Origin: a virus
Lineage: Duplodnaviria; Caudoviricetes
Virus record (IMG/VR): IMGVR_UViG_2974782369_000001
Location: 1 to 64,000 of that record
Reading direction: 5' to 3' (one strand)
DNA: 64,000 nucleotides
How positions within the stretch are numbered: position 1 is the first letter of the stretch; every line of letters begins with the position of its first letter. The translations under genes and the position numbers were made by a program. Of this stretch, positions 55,275 to 62,477 are shown piece by piece. Under the pieces are notes generated by a model. That model saw only the letters and a program-made list of their open reading frames with translations. It did not search any database and had not been told where the DNA came from.

Positions 55275-56206
55275 CAGTCTTCCTCAGCGAGGCGAGCGAA
55301 ATAGGACATTGCATCATCTTCATCATCGACAGGAGAGGAAGCAACTGCTTTCTCTCGGAAGTCGGAAACTTCACGACCCCACGACTCAGAAGGCATGGGT
55401 TTTGCGATCACTTCCTCTTCCTCTTCATTGAAAGTGGGACGAGGAGCAGGTGCAGGAGCATTGCCGAGCACCAGATTCAGACGCTGTTGCAGTTGCTCAT
55501 AGGTCTTGAAGTTTTTAGCGTCTTCAAACTCTGCAAGAGAGTATGCTTGCTTCCAGATTGCCTCCAGTTTGTCATCAGACAGGTCTTCCAGAGTGCCAGG
55601 AGAGGCAAACTCAGACTTGTCATAATTCCAATAACCATCGACCTTGCGGATCTTCAGTTTGAAGTCAGCACCAGTCCAGAAGTTGAAAGGATCCAGAGGA
55701 GTCTCGTCAGCAAATGCAGGTTGCATTGCTTCTACCAGTTTGTCAAAGATCTTCTTACCAAACTTGTAGAGGAAGACACGACCCTCATTCTCAGGGTGAG
55801 CAGGATCGCTCACGACATAGATGTTAGCGTAGTAGGAGAGTTTGCGCTTTTGAGCACGGGCAACTTCCTTGTCACGATCAGATCCAGAATTCCAAAGAGT
55901 GCGATTCAATTCAGAAACAGGATCATCCTTACCGAGAGTGGTGAGGGAATTCTCAATATACCATTGACCACCAGGACCCTTGAAAGCATGGGACCAGACC
56001 TTTGCCCAAGGCATTTCTTCGCCATCGGGTGCAGGGAGGAAACGGATCACTGCGTAACCGTTACCAGACTTATCCAACTCAGGTTTCCAGAGGCGCTCGT
56101 CAGGACCACTCGATGCCTGAGGTTGGTTGATTTTTTCGATCTCTTTGGTCAGTTTTGCCAGCGAGTTGCCAGCAGCAGACGCTTTCTTGAGAGATGCAAA
56201 GGACAT
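55274..56206 (-). CDS. gp32: Single-stranded DNA-binding protein gp32
   Basis: DERLWKPELDKSGNGYAVIRFLP, WYIENSLTT, YKFGKKIFDK and an acidic tail. Confidence 0.97.
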   Translation of the reverse strand: MSFASLKKASAAGNSLAKLTKEIEKINQPQASSGPDERLWKPELDKSGNGYAVIRFLPAPDGEEMPWAKVWSHAFKGPGGQWYIENSLTTLGKDDPVSELNRTLWNSGSDRDKEVARAQKRKLSYYANIYVVSDPAHPENEGRVFLYKFGKKIFDKLVEAMQPAFADETPLDPFNFWTGADFKLKIRKVDGYWNYDKSEFASPGTLEDLSDDKLEAIWKQAYSLAEFEDAKNFKTYEQLQQRLNLVLGNAPAPAPRPTFNEEEEEVIAKPMPSESWGREVSDFREKAVASSPVDDEDDAMSYFARLAEED

Positions 56207-56273
56207 TTCGTATTCTCCGTATTGTTAGTGTGTAGTTGTGTGTGTTTGCTACTGGGTTATCGTAGCATACTAT

Positions 56274-56606
56274 TTAGTCACGGTCAATGGTCTGTTGTGC
56301 CGCTTTCTCAAGTGTCTGCACCATTGCTTCCATGCACTCAGGTAGGGTGTTGTATCCAAAAGCATTACACAGAGCATTGATGCGCTGTTTCATGTCTGCT
56401 GCTTCAGGATCTTCGCTTGCTGCCAGAGCAAGCCGTGTGTAAAAAGTCCTCTGTCTATCGATAAGGTTTTTACAGTCTTCAATGTGCTCCAGTTTTTCTT
56501 CTGTAGTCATTGTGCTAATTTGTGAGGTGCGACTTGCAACCTCTTGATAAGTTTGAAAAATTTCATGCAAGTTTTCTTGCACTTGATCTGACTTGAAAAA
56601 ACTCAT
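56274..56606 (-). CDS. DUF1825-like protein
   Basis: MSFF.SD.VQ..L.EIF..YQ and L..RQ..FY.RL.L..DPEA..M. Confidence 0.7.
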   Translation of the reverse strand: MSFFKSDQVQENLHEIFQTYQEVASRTSQISTMTTEEKLEHIEDCKNLIDRQRTFYTRLALAASEDPEAADMKQRINALCNAFGYNTLPECMEAMVQTLEKAAQQTIDRD

Positions 56607-57202
56607 AGCTTTGCCTTAATTGTCTCTAAAATTATCTTCTTATATTTCTTGCAGTCAATCGCCAGGAAAGGTTGATACTTAGTGATCTTAAGTTTGATAT
56701 CATTCCACATAGGATCAGTCAATACCTTATCAATACGACTTACATACTGAAGACAGTGGTCAAATACAACTAGAGTTTCTAAATTAACTTCACCTGCATA
56801 GTATCTTTTCAGGAGGATAGGATGCTTACCTCTTTGTGCTTGGAATAATTTGTCAAAGTTTTCTTCGTAGGGAAATCCAACGTCATCTAGAAGCAGATCA
56901 ATATCCTGTTTAAATTTATAAGTAAAAGACTCTTGATGAATCTTCCACTTAGTATAGACATCTGTGCTGAAGTTGCGTAGATATCCTTTGGAATCATTAA
57001 CAAAATTAGCAACGAAATACTCCAGCATAGAATCGCTAGAATACTTCGTTGCTAGTTTCTTGAAAAAATATACGTCGTTTCGTCCTTCAAAAGACTTTTC
57101 GCTTGCGCGAGTCTTACCATTGTATTTCACATAATCATAATCAGGTTTAGTGAAGTGATTTTTTAATGCGAGATACATTTTATACACTTCAAATCCAGTC
57201 AC
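56603..57202 (-). CDS. gp59: Helicase loader gp59
   Basis: VYK.YLALKNHFT...YDY.KYNGK, F..RND.YFF.KL and LETLV. Confidence 0.92.
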   Translation of the reverse strand: MTGFEVYKMYLALKNHFTKPDYDYVKYNGKTRASEKSFEGRNDVYFFKKLATKYSSDSMLEYFVANFVNDSKGYLRNFSTDVYTKWKIHQESFTYKFKQDIDLLLDDVGFPYEENFDKLFQAQRGKHPILLKRYYAGEVNLETLVVFDHCLQYVSRIDKVLTDPMWNDIKLKITKYQPFLAIDCKKYKKIILETIKAKL

Positions 57203-57450
57203 AATGGCAGCACTCCTCTAGAAGATTTTTTCATGTAATTCATTCGCTGAGCTTCATGCCGTAGTCTTTCCTTCAGAGGTTTAGACAACAATTTTGGCAC
57301 ACTTTCCATCTCAATTTCATTCTCCTGGCAGAAGGTAACTACTGCCTCGATGTAAGTGATCAAACCATTGCTGGTTTTAACCAACCTCTCAATTTCCATA
57401 GAAAATTTTGAGGGTGTCATAAACTTTTCCTCAGGATTATCCTTTGGCAT
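57199..57450 (-). CDS. gp33: Late transcription coactivator gp33
   Basis: FS.EIE.LV...YIEAV..FC.ENEIE.ESV.KL.SKPLKE.L..EA; start trimmed to MPKDNPEEK. Confidence 0.92.
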   Translation of the reverse strand: MPKDNPEEKFMTPSKFSMEIERLVKTSNGLITYIEAVVTFCQENEIEMESVPKLLSKPLKERLRHEAQRMNYMKKSSRGVLPL

Positions 57451-58123
57451 TTCTTCCCCCAGCAAATTCTTCGATGTAGGTTTTAAGTAACTGTAAATAG
57501 TCATCAAGATTGTACTTCTCAAACACTTGAATAGACCCGTCTTCAACCGCGATAAGTGTGACAATTTTCTTTACCTCAATTCCTGTCCTTTCCAGAAACA
57601 TAGCAGCGTAGGCAGTCTCTTGCACAAAGTAGTGCTCGATGTGATCTTCGCTTTTAGGTTTCGTTGAAGTTTTGAAATCGATTACTGCCAACTCACCATC
57701 AAACTCTGCAATACAATCTACTCGACCAGCAAGACCAAGATAGTGAGAGTATAAAAAGGTTTCTAAACAGTGAATGTTGTTGATTCGATCAAGGGTCGTC
57801 TTTGCAGACTGAAACATTCTAACAGATAATGGATTGTTTGCCAAGTATTTGTCAATATCCAATACTCCTTTGAAATAATCTTCGGAGAGTGCGTGGAATG
57901 CTGTCCCCCTTTGAGTTGCTCTAGCAGTAATACGATTTGCCTCTGCTTCACCAATTCTTTTTCGCCATTCGGCAAAGAACTGCGCGTTCTTAAACGAGGT
58001 GATTGAGGTTACACTTGGATAATATTTATCTGCCCCAGGAATGGGGTAGAATCTTACACCATCTTCGCTCACAGGATCGACATCAACTTCGTTGACATCA
58101 ACATCAATAAAATTAAAAGGCAT
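57437..58123 (-). CDS. PD-(D/E)xK exonuclease (RecB/MGME1-like)
   Basis: YPSVT, RGT.FH, AGRVDCIAE..G.L.VIDFKTS and Q..AYA. Confidence 0.85.
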   Translation of the reverse strand: MPFNFIDVDVNEVDVDPVSEDGVRFYPIPGADKYYPSVTSITSFKNAQFFAEWRKRIGEAEANRITARATQRGTAFHALSEDYFKGVLDIDKYLANNPLSVRMFQSAKTTLDRINNIHCLETFLYSHYLGLAGRVDCIAEFDGELAVIDFKTSTKPKSEDHIEHYFVQETAYAAMFLERTGIEVKKIVTLIAVEDGSIQVFEKYNLDDYLQLLKTYIEEFAGGRNAKG

Positions 58124-58884
58124 TAGAATCCAAGATTGTATTTGTTAATAAGATAAGATTTGACTAGACCAGATCTAACGATATCTTCGATACCAAATTC
58201 GATGCAGGTAAACTCTTTCATGTTTTGAAGAATCTTAATGAAGTCTGCAATACCAGTCTTTTCATACTGTTTAACCAGATCAGACTGAGTAATGTCACCA
58301 CAAAACATAATTTTAGAATCTTCACCCACACGAGTGATCATCGAGTCAAGCTCGTGGAAGTTGAGGTTAGAGAATTCATCGACGATAACAATACAGTTAT
58401 CGAGAGTGACACCACGGATAAAACTAGTAGACCAAAAAGAAATAGTCTCTTGCGCTCTGAGGTTGTCATACAACATATCAAACGAGTTGTCATCAGGCAT
58501 ACTAAACATATACCTTACCATATTTTTATATGGAATTTGATAGAGAGCAGACTTGTCTTCATGATCGCCAGGAAGGAAACCAATCTCTCTAGTAGGGACG
58601 AGTGATCTTACAATATAAATTTTATCATAAGGTGTATTTTCGTCAAGCACTTCTTGCAAAGCAAGATAGAGCGTGATGAAAGTCTTACCAGTGCCAGCTG
58701 CTCCGTGAAGCAATAAGTTTTGTCCTAACCCATACTGCTCAAAAGCAGTCTCTTGATTAGAGGTAAGTGGATTGATAGGGACCATGTAGGACTTATCAAT
58801 CGGTTTCTTTCTTCGGATTTGTTTAGCAGACATACCTGGAGGAACTGGAGGACCACCATTATTACGCTTTCTTGCTCTTGTCAT
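58123..58884 (-). CDS. phoH: PhoH family ATPase
   Basis: GAAGTGKTF, REIGFLPG, FIRG.TLD, DE..N, GD..QSDL and DIVRSG.V. Confidence 0.96.
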   Translation of the reverse strand: MTRARKRNNGGPPVPPGMSAKQIRRKKPIDKSYMVPINPLTSNQETAFEQYGLGQNLLLHGAAGTGKTFITLYLALQEVLDENTPYDKIYIVRSLVPTREIGFLPGDHEDKSALYQIPYKNMVRYMFSMPDDNSFDMLYDNLRAQETISFWSTSFIRGVTLDNCIVIVDEFSNLNFHELDSMITRVGEDSKIMFCGDITQSDLVKQYEKTGIADFIKILQNMKEFTCIEFGIEDIVRSGLVKSYLINKYNLGF

Positions 58885-58887
58885 AGT

Positions 58888-59118
58888 TTAGGTGAAACGA
58901 CTCAGGTTTGCACGGGGATGTGCTTTTTGGACTTTGGACATCACTTCTTTGAATCCGTCAGACTGTTTGGGTTGACCGTAGGTTACCCCACCGACACCTT
59001 CCATCCAATCCTTATCCCAGTCGGGATTTTCTGCCCGCCAGGTTTCGTATTCTTTCATGCTCATATAGAGAGTTTGTTTCTCTCCTGTCGTTTTATTTAT
59101 TACTGGGTAAGAAGGCAT
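58888..59118 (-). CDS. Hypothetical protein (start MPSYPVINK)
   Basis: ORF track trimmed; between thyX and phoH. Confidence 0.75.
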   Translation of the reverse strand: MPSYPVINKTTGEKQTLYMSMKEYETWRAENPDWDKDWMEGVGGVTYGQPKQSDGFKEVMSKVQKAHPRANLSRFT

Positions 59119-59828
59119 TAATCGATCCTCAATGATGGTTGAATGCAGTTGCAATCGTCTAGATGCTGAGAGCATCCACAATCGCCCTCAGGGCACCATC
59201 CAAGCGCCTCTGAGATGGTCGGAAACTGACAGATGAAGTGCTGCTTACACATCTCTGCAACGTCCTGGTGCTCCTTCTGGGTGCCATGTCCGCAACGCAA
59301 ATCAATGTAGTGCATCCATGAGCGAACTGAGCCCGTCATGTAAATTCTGGTGGGCACTGCCATAGGCAGAATCATGCGAGCACATTCCTTTGCCACACCT
59401 GCTTCCAGCATCTCCTTGTAGACATCCATCGTCTGCTTGAAGTGATACTGCATCCAGATTTCAAACTTCTGCTTGACGAAAGGGTCAAGGTCATCGATAC
59501 TCTTCTGACGATTGGTAGTATCCTGACGACGAAGCTCGGGCAGAGGAATCTCATCACCAAGCAGAGACGAATCTGCATAGCGTTGGGAAAACTCTTGGAA
59601 GGTGAAACTGCGGTGACGTAGAATCTGAGCTGCGATTGCCCTGGTAGTGTTAATCTCCAGAGTCATATGTGCTTGCTCAAAGATGCTCCAGTGCTGGTGT
59701 TTGATACAATACTTCAGCAGACCAGAGACCTTTTCGTTTTCCTGATTAGCGGGATTGCTTACACGAGCAACATACCCAATAGTTTTCTCTGCATCAGGAG
59801 TAACAGAGACCAAACATACTTTAGTCAT
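59118..59828 (-). CDS. thyX: Flavin-dependent thymidylate synthase
   Basis: HWSIFE, QILRHRSFTFQEFSQRY, AKECAR..LP and TQKEH. Confidence 0.96.
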   Translation of the reverse strand: MTKVCLVSVTPDAEKTIGYVARVSNPANQENEKVSGLLKYCIKHQHWSIFEQAHMTLEINTTRAIAAQILRHRSFTFQEFSQRYADSSLLGDEIPLPELRRQDTTNRQKSIDDLDPFVKQKFEIWMQYHFKQTMDVYKEMLEAGVAKECARMILPMAVPTRIYMTGSVRSWMHYIDLRCGHGTQKEHQDVAEMCKQHFICQFPTISEALGWCPEGDCGCSQHLDDCNCIQPSLRID

Positions 59829-60079
59829 TTTCTATGAAACAAAATACGAGACATCAAATAAAGTCCAAACGCTTTGAGATATCCGATGGTCGCAAGACCA
59901 AAGAGACCTGGGACTAACCAATTCCATAATAGCATAAAAATCAATGGATCGACAACCATTGTCACAAGAGAGGCAACTGCTTTCATTACCTCTGCTTTTG
60001 CTTTTGCTTTTTCTAATTCTTCAACTTCCTCTTTTGCTTGCTCTTCTTCAGCACGCTTATCAAGATACACGGTTGTCAT
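59825..60079 (-). CDS. Small membrane protein (start MTTVYLDK)
   Basis: MLLWNWLVPGLFGLATIGY..AFGL motif. Confidence 0.7.
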   Translation of the reverse strand: MTTVYLDKRAEEEQAKEEVEELEKAKAKAEVMKAVASLVTMVVDPLIFMLLWNWLVPGLFGLATIGYLKAFGLYLMSRILFHRK

Positions 60080-60330
60080 TTTTTCTTTTTCTTTTGCTCC
60101 GCTGGATTTTGCCATAGTTTAGGATTCACTCTACCTTCTGATTGAGTCATGTTAATGAGATCGTGTCGATATAGATCCCAATAGTAATCAAAAATTTCAG
60201 ACTTTTTATTTCCATACACTAAATCAAACTTGGTCATACCATCCTGTAGGTATTCAACCAAGTATGCAGTGTAAGGAAGTGACCGATCTTGTGAGAGAGA
60301 TGGGTCACAATCCCTAGCAATAAACTTCAA
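60076..60330 (-). CDS. Hypothetical protein (TTG start likely)
   Basis: DCDPSL..DRSLPY.AYLV.Y...IFD.YWD motif. Confidence 0.7.
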   Translation of the reverse strand: MKFIARDCDPSLSQDRSLPYTAYLVEYLQDGMTKFDLVYGNKKSEIFDYYWDLYRHDLINMTQSEGRVNPKLWQNPAEQKKKKK

Positions 60331-60782
60331 GAGCGTCCCCCCCACTCGATCTGAGGAAATGCTTCAGAGACTACTGCTTTAGTAATTCTCTTATACTTGT
60401 CGCCAAGACGACCGTCTTTAACAAGCACCAACAACTCTGCTTCTTCTGCAGAGAGTCCCTCTAGAAGTTGCACAAACATAGACTCACGCTTCAAACCAGG
60501 AAGTTTAGCACCACCTTTGAAGAAACGATAGAGACCTTTATACTCGTGCTCCAAACGAGTATGATCTGTGCCGACAGGAGCATCATTGGGAGTGTAAGGC
60601 ACATCTCCTTCTGGTAACTCACACACAACACTATCATCAAAGTTGATAATCAACAATTGACGAAGAGCATTGCTGTTGTATCTACGAAGCAGATCAATTT
60701 TTTCCTGCTTCGTTTTTGCATTACTAACTTTTCTAAGCACTTCAGAAATTAATAGTCTTGCAGAACTATTTGTTGTAGCCAT
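60327..60782 (-). CDS. Conserved T4-like cyanophage protein
   Basis: LISEVL.KVSNAKTK.EK, LPEG.VPY.PND.P and RE.MFVQLLEGL...EAELL. Confidence 0.8.
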   Translation of the reverse strand: MATTNSSARLLISEVLRKVSNAKTKQEKIDLLRRYNSNALRQLLIINFDDSVVCELPEGDVPYTPNDAPVGTDHTRLEHEYKGLYRFFKGGAKLPGLKRESMFVQLLEGLSAEEAELLVLVKDGRLGDKYKRITKAVVSEAFPQIEWGGRS

Positions 60783-60798
60783 AATTAAAACTCCTTAA

Positions 60799-61041
60799 TC
60801 ATTCATCGTCATCTTCATCATCATAGGTCTCATCCCAAAAAGATGCAACGTCTGGTCTAATATAGATTAGATCGTCGTGAAGAATGTTACCATCCTCATC
60901 TAGCATTTCTGGATGTGTGACTGACTTAGCGTATGCTGCGTTTTCGATAAAGTCTTCGACATAACCTTTTGCCAACCAAGAAACTGTAATTCCCAAGATG
61001 AAAGCGCCGATTGCGACTAAGACTGTTAATGCAACTAACAT
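60799..61041 (-). CDS. Small membrane protein with an acidic tail
   Basis: N-terminal TM; HPEM.DEDGN motif. Confidence 0.75.
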   Translation of the reverse strand: MLVALTVLVAIGAFILGITVSWLAKGYVEDFIENAAYAKSVTHPEMLDEDGNILHDDLIYIRPDVASFWDETYDDEDDDE

Positions 61042-61119
61042 GGTTTCCCCCTTTTACTACTTGATTATAATTACGGAAACCAACCTCCCTATATGTGACT
61101 TAAAAATATTTATAAACCC

Positions 61120-61356
61120 TCACAGATGGTTATTTTCTCTAAGGTATTGCACAGTTTTTTGGCATCCACCCAGTTTATTAGAATCCAAAAGGACTTGGGG
61201 AAAAGTTGCACCATAAGAAAACTTTTCATAAAACTCTTCTTTAGTAAAGTCACGATCAAGAAGATACTCTTTGTATTCGTAATTTTTTCCATCTAGCACT
61301 TGCTTAATTTGAGTGCAGTATGGACATCCAGTGCGACTGTAAACTTCAAATTTCAT
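61120..61356 (-). CDS. nrdC: Glutaredoxin
   Basis: CPYC, TFPQV and LGG; ATG at 61356 with GGAGG RBS. Confidence 0.9.
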   Translation of the reverse strand: MKFEVYSRTGCPYCTQIKQVLDGKNYEYKEYLLDRDFTKEEFYEKFSYGATFPQVLLDSNKLGGCQKTVQYLRENNHL

Positions 61357-61369
61357 AATTCCTCCGAAG

Positions 61370-61393
61370 AAAAAAGGGACTCCGAAGAGTCCC
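61370..61393 (-). terminator. Rho-independent terminator with a cUUCGg tetraloop
   Basis: GGGACTC-TTCG-GAGTCCC-TTTTTT. Confidence 0.9.
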
Positions 61394-61443
61394 AATTGGG
61401 TGTTCCGACTTTTGTAGAGTGACCGCACGAAAGGTCACTCAGT
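61370..61443 (-). ncRNA. Candidate roughly 70-nt small RNA (or structured 3' UTR)
   Basis: ATAAATA late-promoter core at 61444-61450, 8-bp stem GAGTGACC/GGTCACTC, single-stranded linker, terminator. Confidence 0.4.
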
Positions 61444-61454
61444 TATTTATCGGA

Positions 61455-61826
61455 TCAGAAGCTGAATTTCAGACCAGCCTTGGTGCCGTAGCTACGGTCA
61501 ACACCAGCAACGCCACTGCCAACGAAGGAGACTTCGCCGTAAGCAGACAGTTGATCGGTCAGACCAGCAGACAGACCTGCCTTGCCCGAAGGAACGGTAT
61601 CAGAAGCGCCGCCGTCAGGAGCGACGATAGTAGCACCACCTTGGACATACCAAGCAGCGGATTCACCCAGAGCACCTTCGTAACCCACATGGGTGTCAAT
61701 GTTGGTGCCAGAGTAGTTGCTACCAGTGAAACCGCTGTTTGCCTCTACGTTAACGTAGGGACCTGCCATTGCAGCGCCAGCGAAAAGGGGAGCAGCAGCC
61801 AGAGCTGCGAATGCGGATTTGATCAT
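61455..61826 (-). CDS. Secreted outer-membrane beta-barrel-like protein
   Basis: Signal peptide (..AAMA/G), alternating amphipathic beta strands, C-terminal KFSF (terminal Phe); GC3-rich, host-like codon use. Confidence 0.75.
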   Translation of the reverse strand: MIKSAFAALAAAPLFAGAAMAGPYVNVEANSGFTGSNYSGTNIDTHVGYEGALGESAAWYVQGGATIVAPDGGASDTVPSGKAGLSAGLTDQLSAYGEVSFVGSGVAGVDRSYGTKAGLKFSF

Positions 61827-61906
61827 TTTTGTTTAACCTCGTTAATTTACTTGTGGAATGGTTACCCACAGATGAAAGCAGACTCGACTCGTCTGCGTTG
61901 GAAATA

Positions 61907-61935
61907 ATTATAGCACCCTTGGGGTGCAGTGTCAA
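61907..61935 (-). promoter_or_regulatory. Consensus sigma70 promoter with an inverted repeat in the spacer
   Basis: TTGACA-CTGCACCCCAAGGGTGC-TATAAT. Confidence 0.85.
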
Positions 61936-62001
61936 CAGATTGGCGCGAGTAGTTGAGGCACCATCCTCTGTTGTAAATCTTTACAAAATTTATTTATAAC
62001 A

Positions 62002-62181
62002 TTAACAACCTTCGGTTTTGTAGAGTTTTCTGCATTTTTTTAATTCCTTCAACTCTGCTTTAATTAGTTGATACGATTCCTCTGGAGTAATTGATCTCCT
62101 CATTTCCATAGCAATGATAACATCAACTCTAGTGCCAAAGTGCTTAAGTGCTGTCTCAAAACAATCTAATTCTTCATACAT
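62002..62181 (-). CDS. Small hypothetical protein (59 aa)
   Basis: Read manually: MYEELDCFETALKHFGTRVDVIIAMEMRRSITPEESYQLIKAELKELKKCRKLYKTEGC. Confidence 0.7.
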   Translation of the reverse strand: MYEELDCFETALKHFGTRVDVIIAMEMRRSITPEESYQLIKAELKELKKCRKLYKTEGC

Positions 62182-62477
62182 TAGTCTTCCTCATAGCGTT
62201 GCCGAGCTCTTTCCATAAGTTTTTCTGCCTGAGTGCCATCTAGTTTTCCAGACTCATACTTATCGTATAAGATCTTCATTTCGGCAACATACTTACGATG
62301 CTTAAGCATCTTTCTAGCACTTCTAAGTTTAGAATCAGTATATTCTTGAGAAGAAATCAGAGTTGGCATCCGATCTGGGACTAAAGACTGATATGTAATT
62401 ACATCATCTTTGTCAAAGATTTCTTTTAATTCCTCAGGAAGATCATCCCAATCAAACGATTTGCTCGACGTATTCAT
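62181..62477 (-). CDS. Hypothetical protein
   Basis: ORF track. Confidence 0.6.
   Translation of the reverse strand: MNTSSKSFDWDDLPEELKEIFDKDDVITYQSLVPDRMPTLISSQEYTDSKLRSARKMLKHRKYVAEMKILYDKYESGKLDGTQAEKLMERARQRYEED

Noticed and set aside
55265-56380. 371-aa plus-strand ORF
   Set aside because: Antisense to gp32, whose codon bias keeps the opposite frame open; no domain signal.
57437-58123. Cas4/CRISPR association of the exonuclease
   Set aside because: Lacks the Fe-S cysteines; occupies the usual core position between phoH and gp33.
43931-59828. cp12, cpeT, phoH and thyX as novel auxiliary genes
   Set aside because: Well-established cyanomyophage genes.
61970-61986. NtcA box upstream of the OMP promoter
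   Set aside because: Spacing is GTA-N6-TAC rather than GTA-N8-TAC; kept only as an unnamed palindrome.
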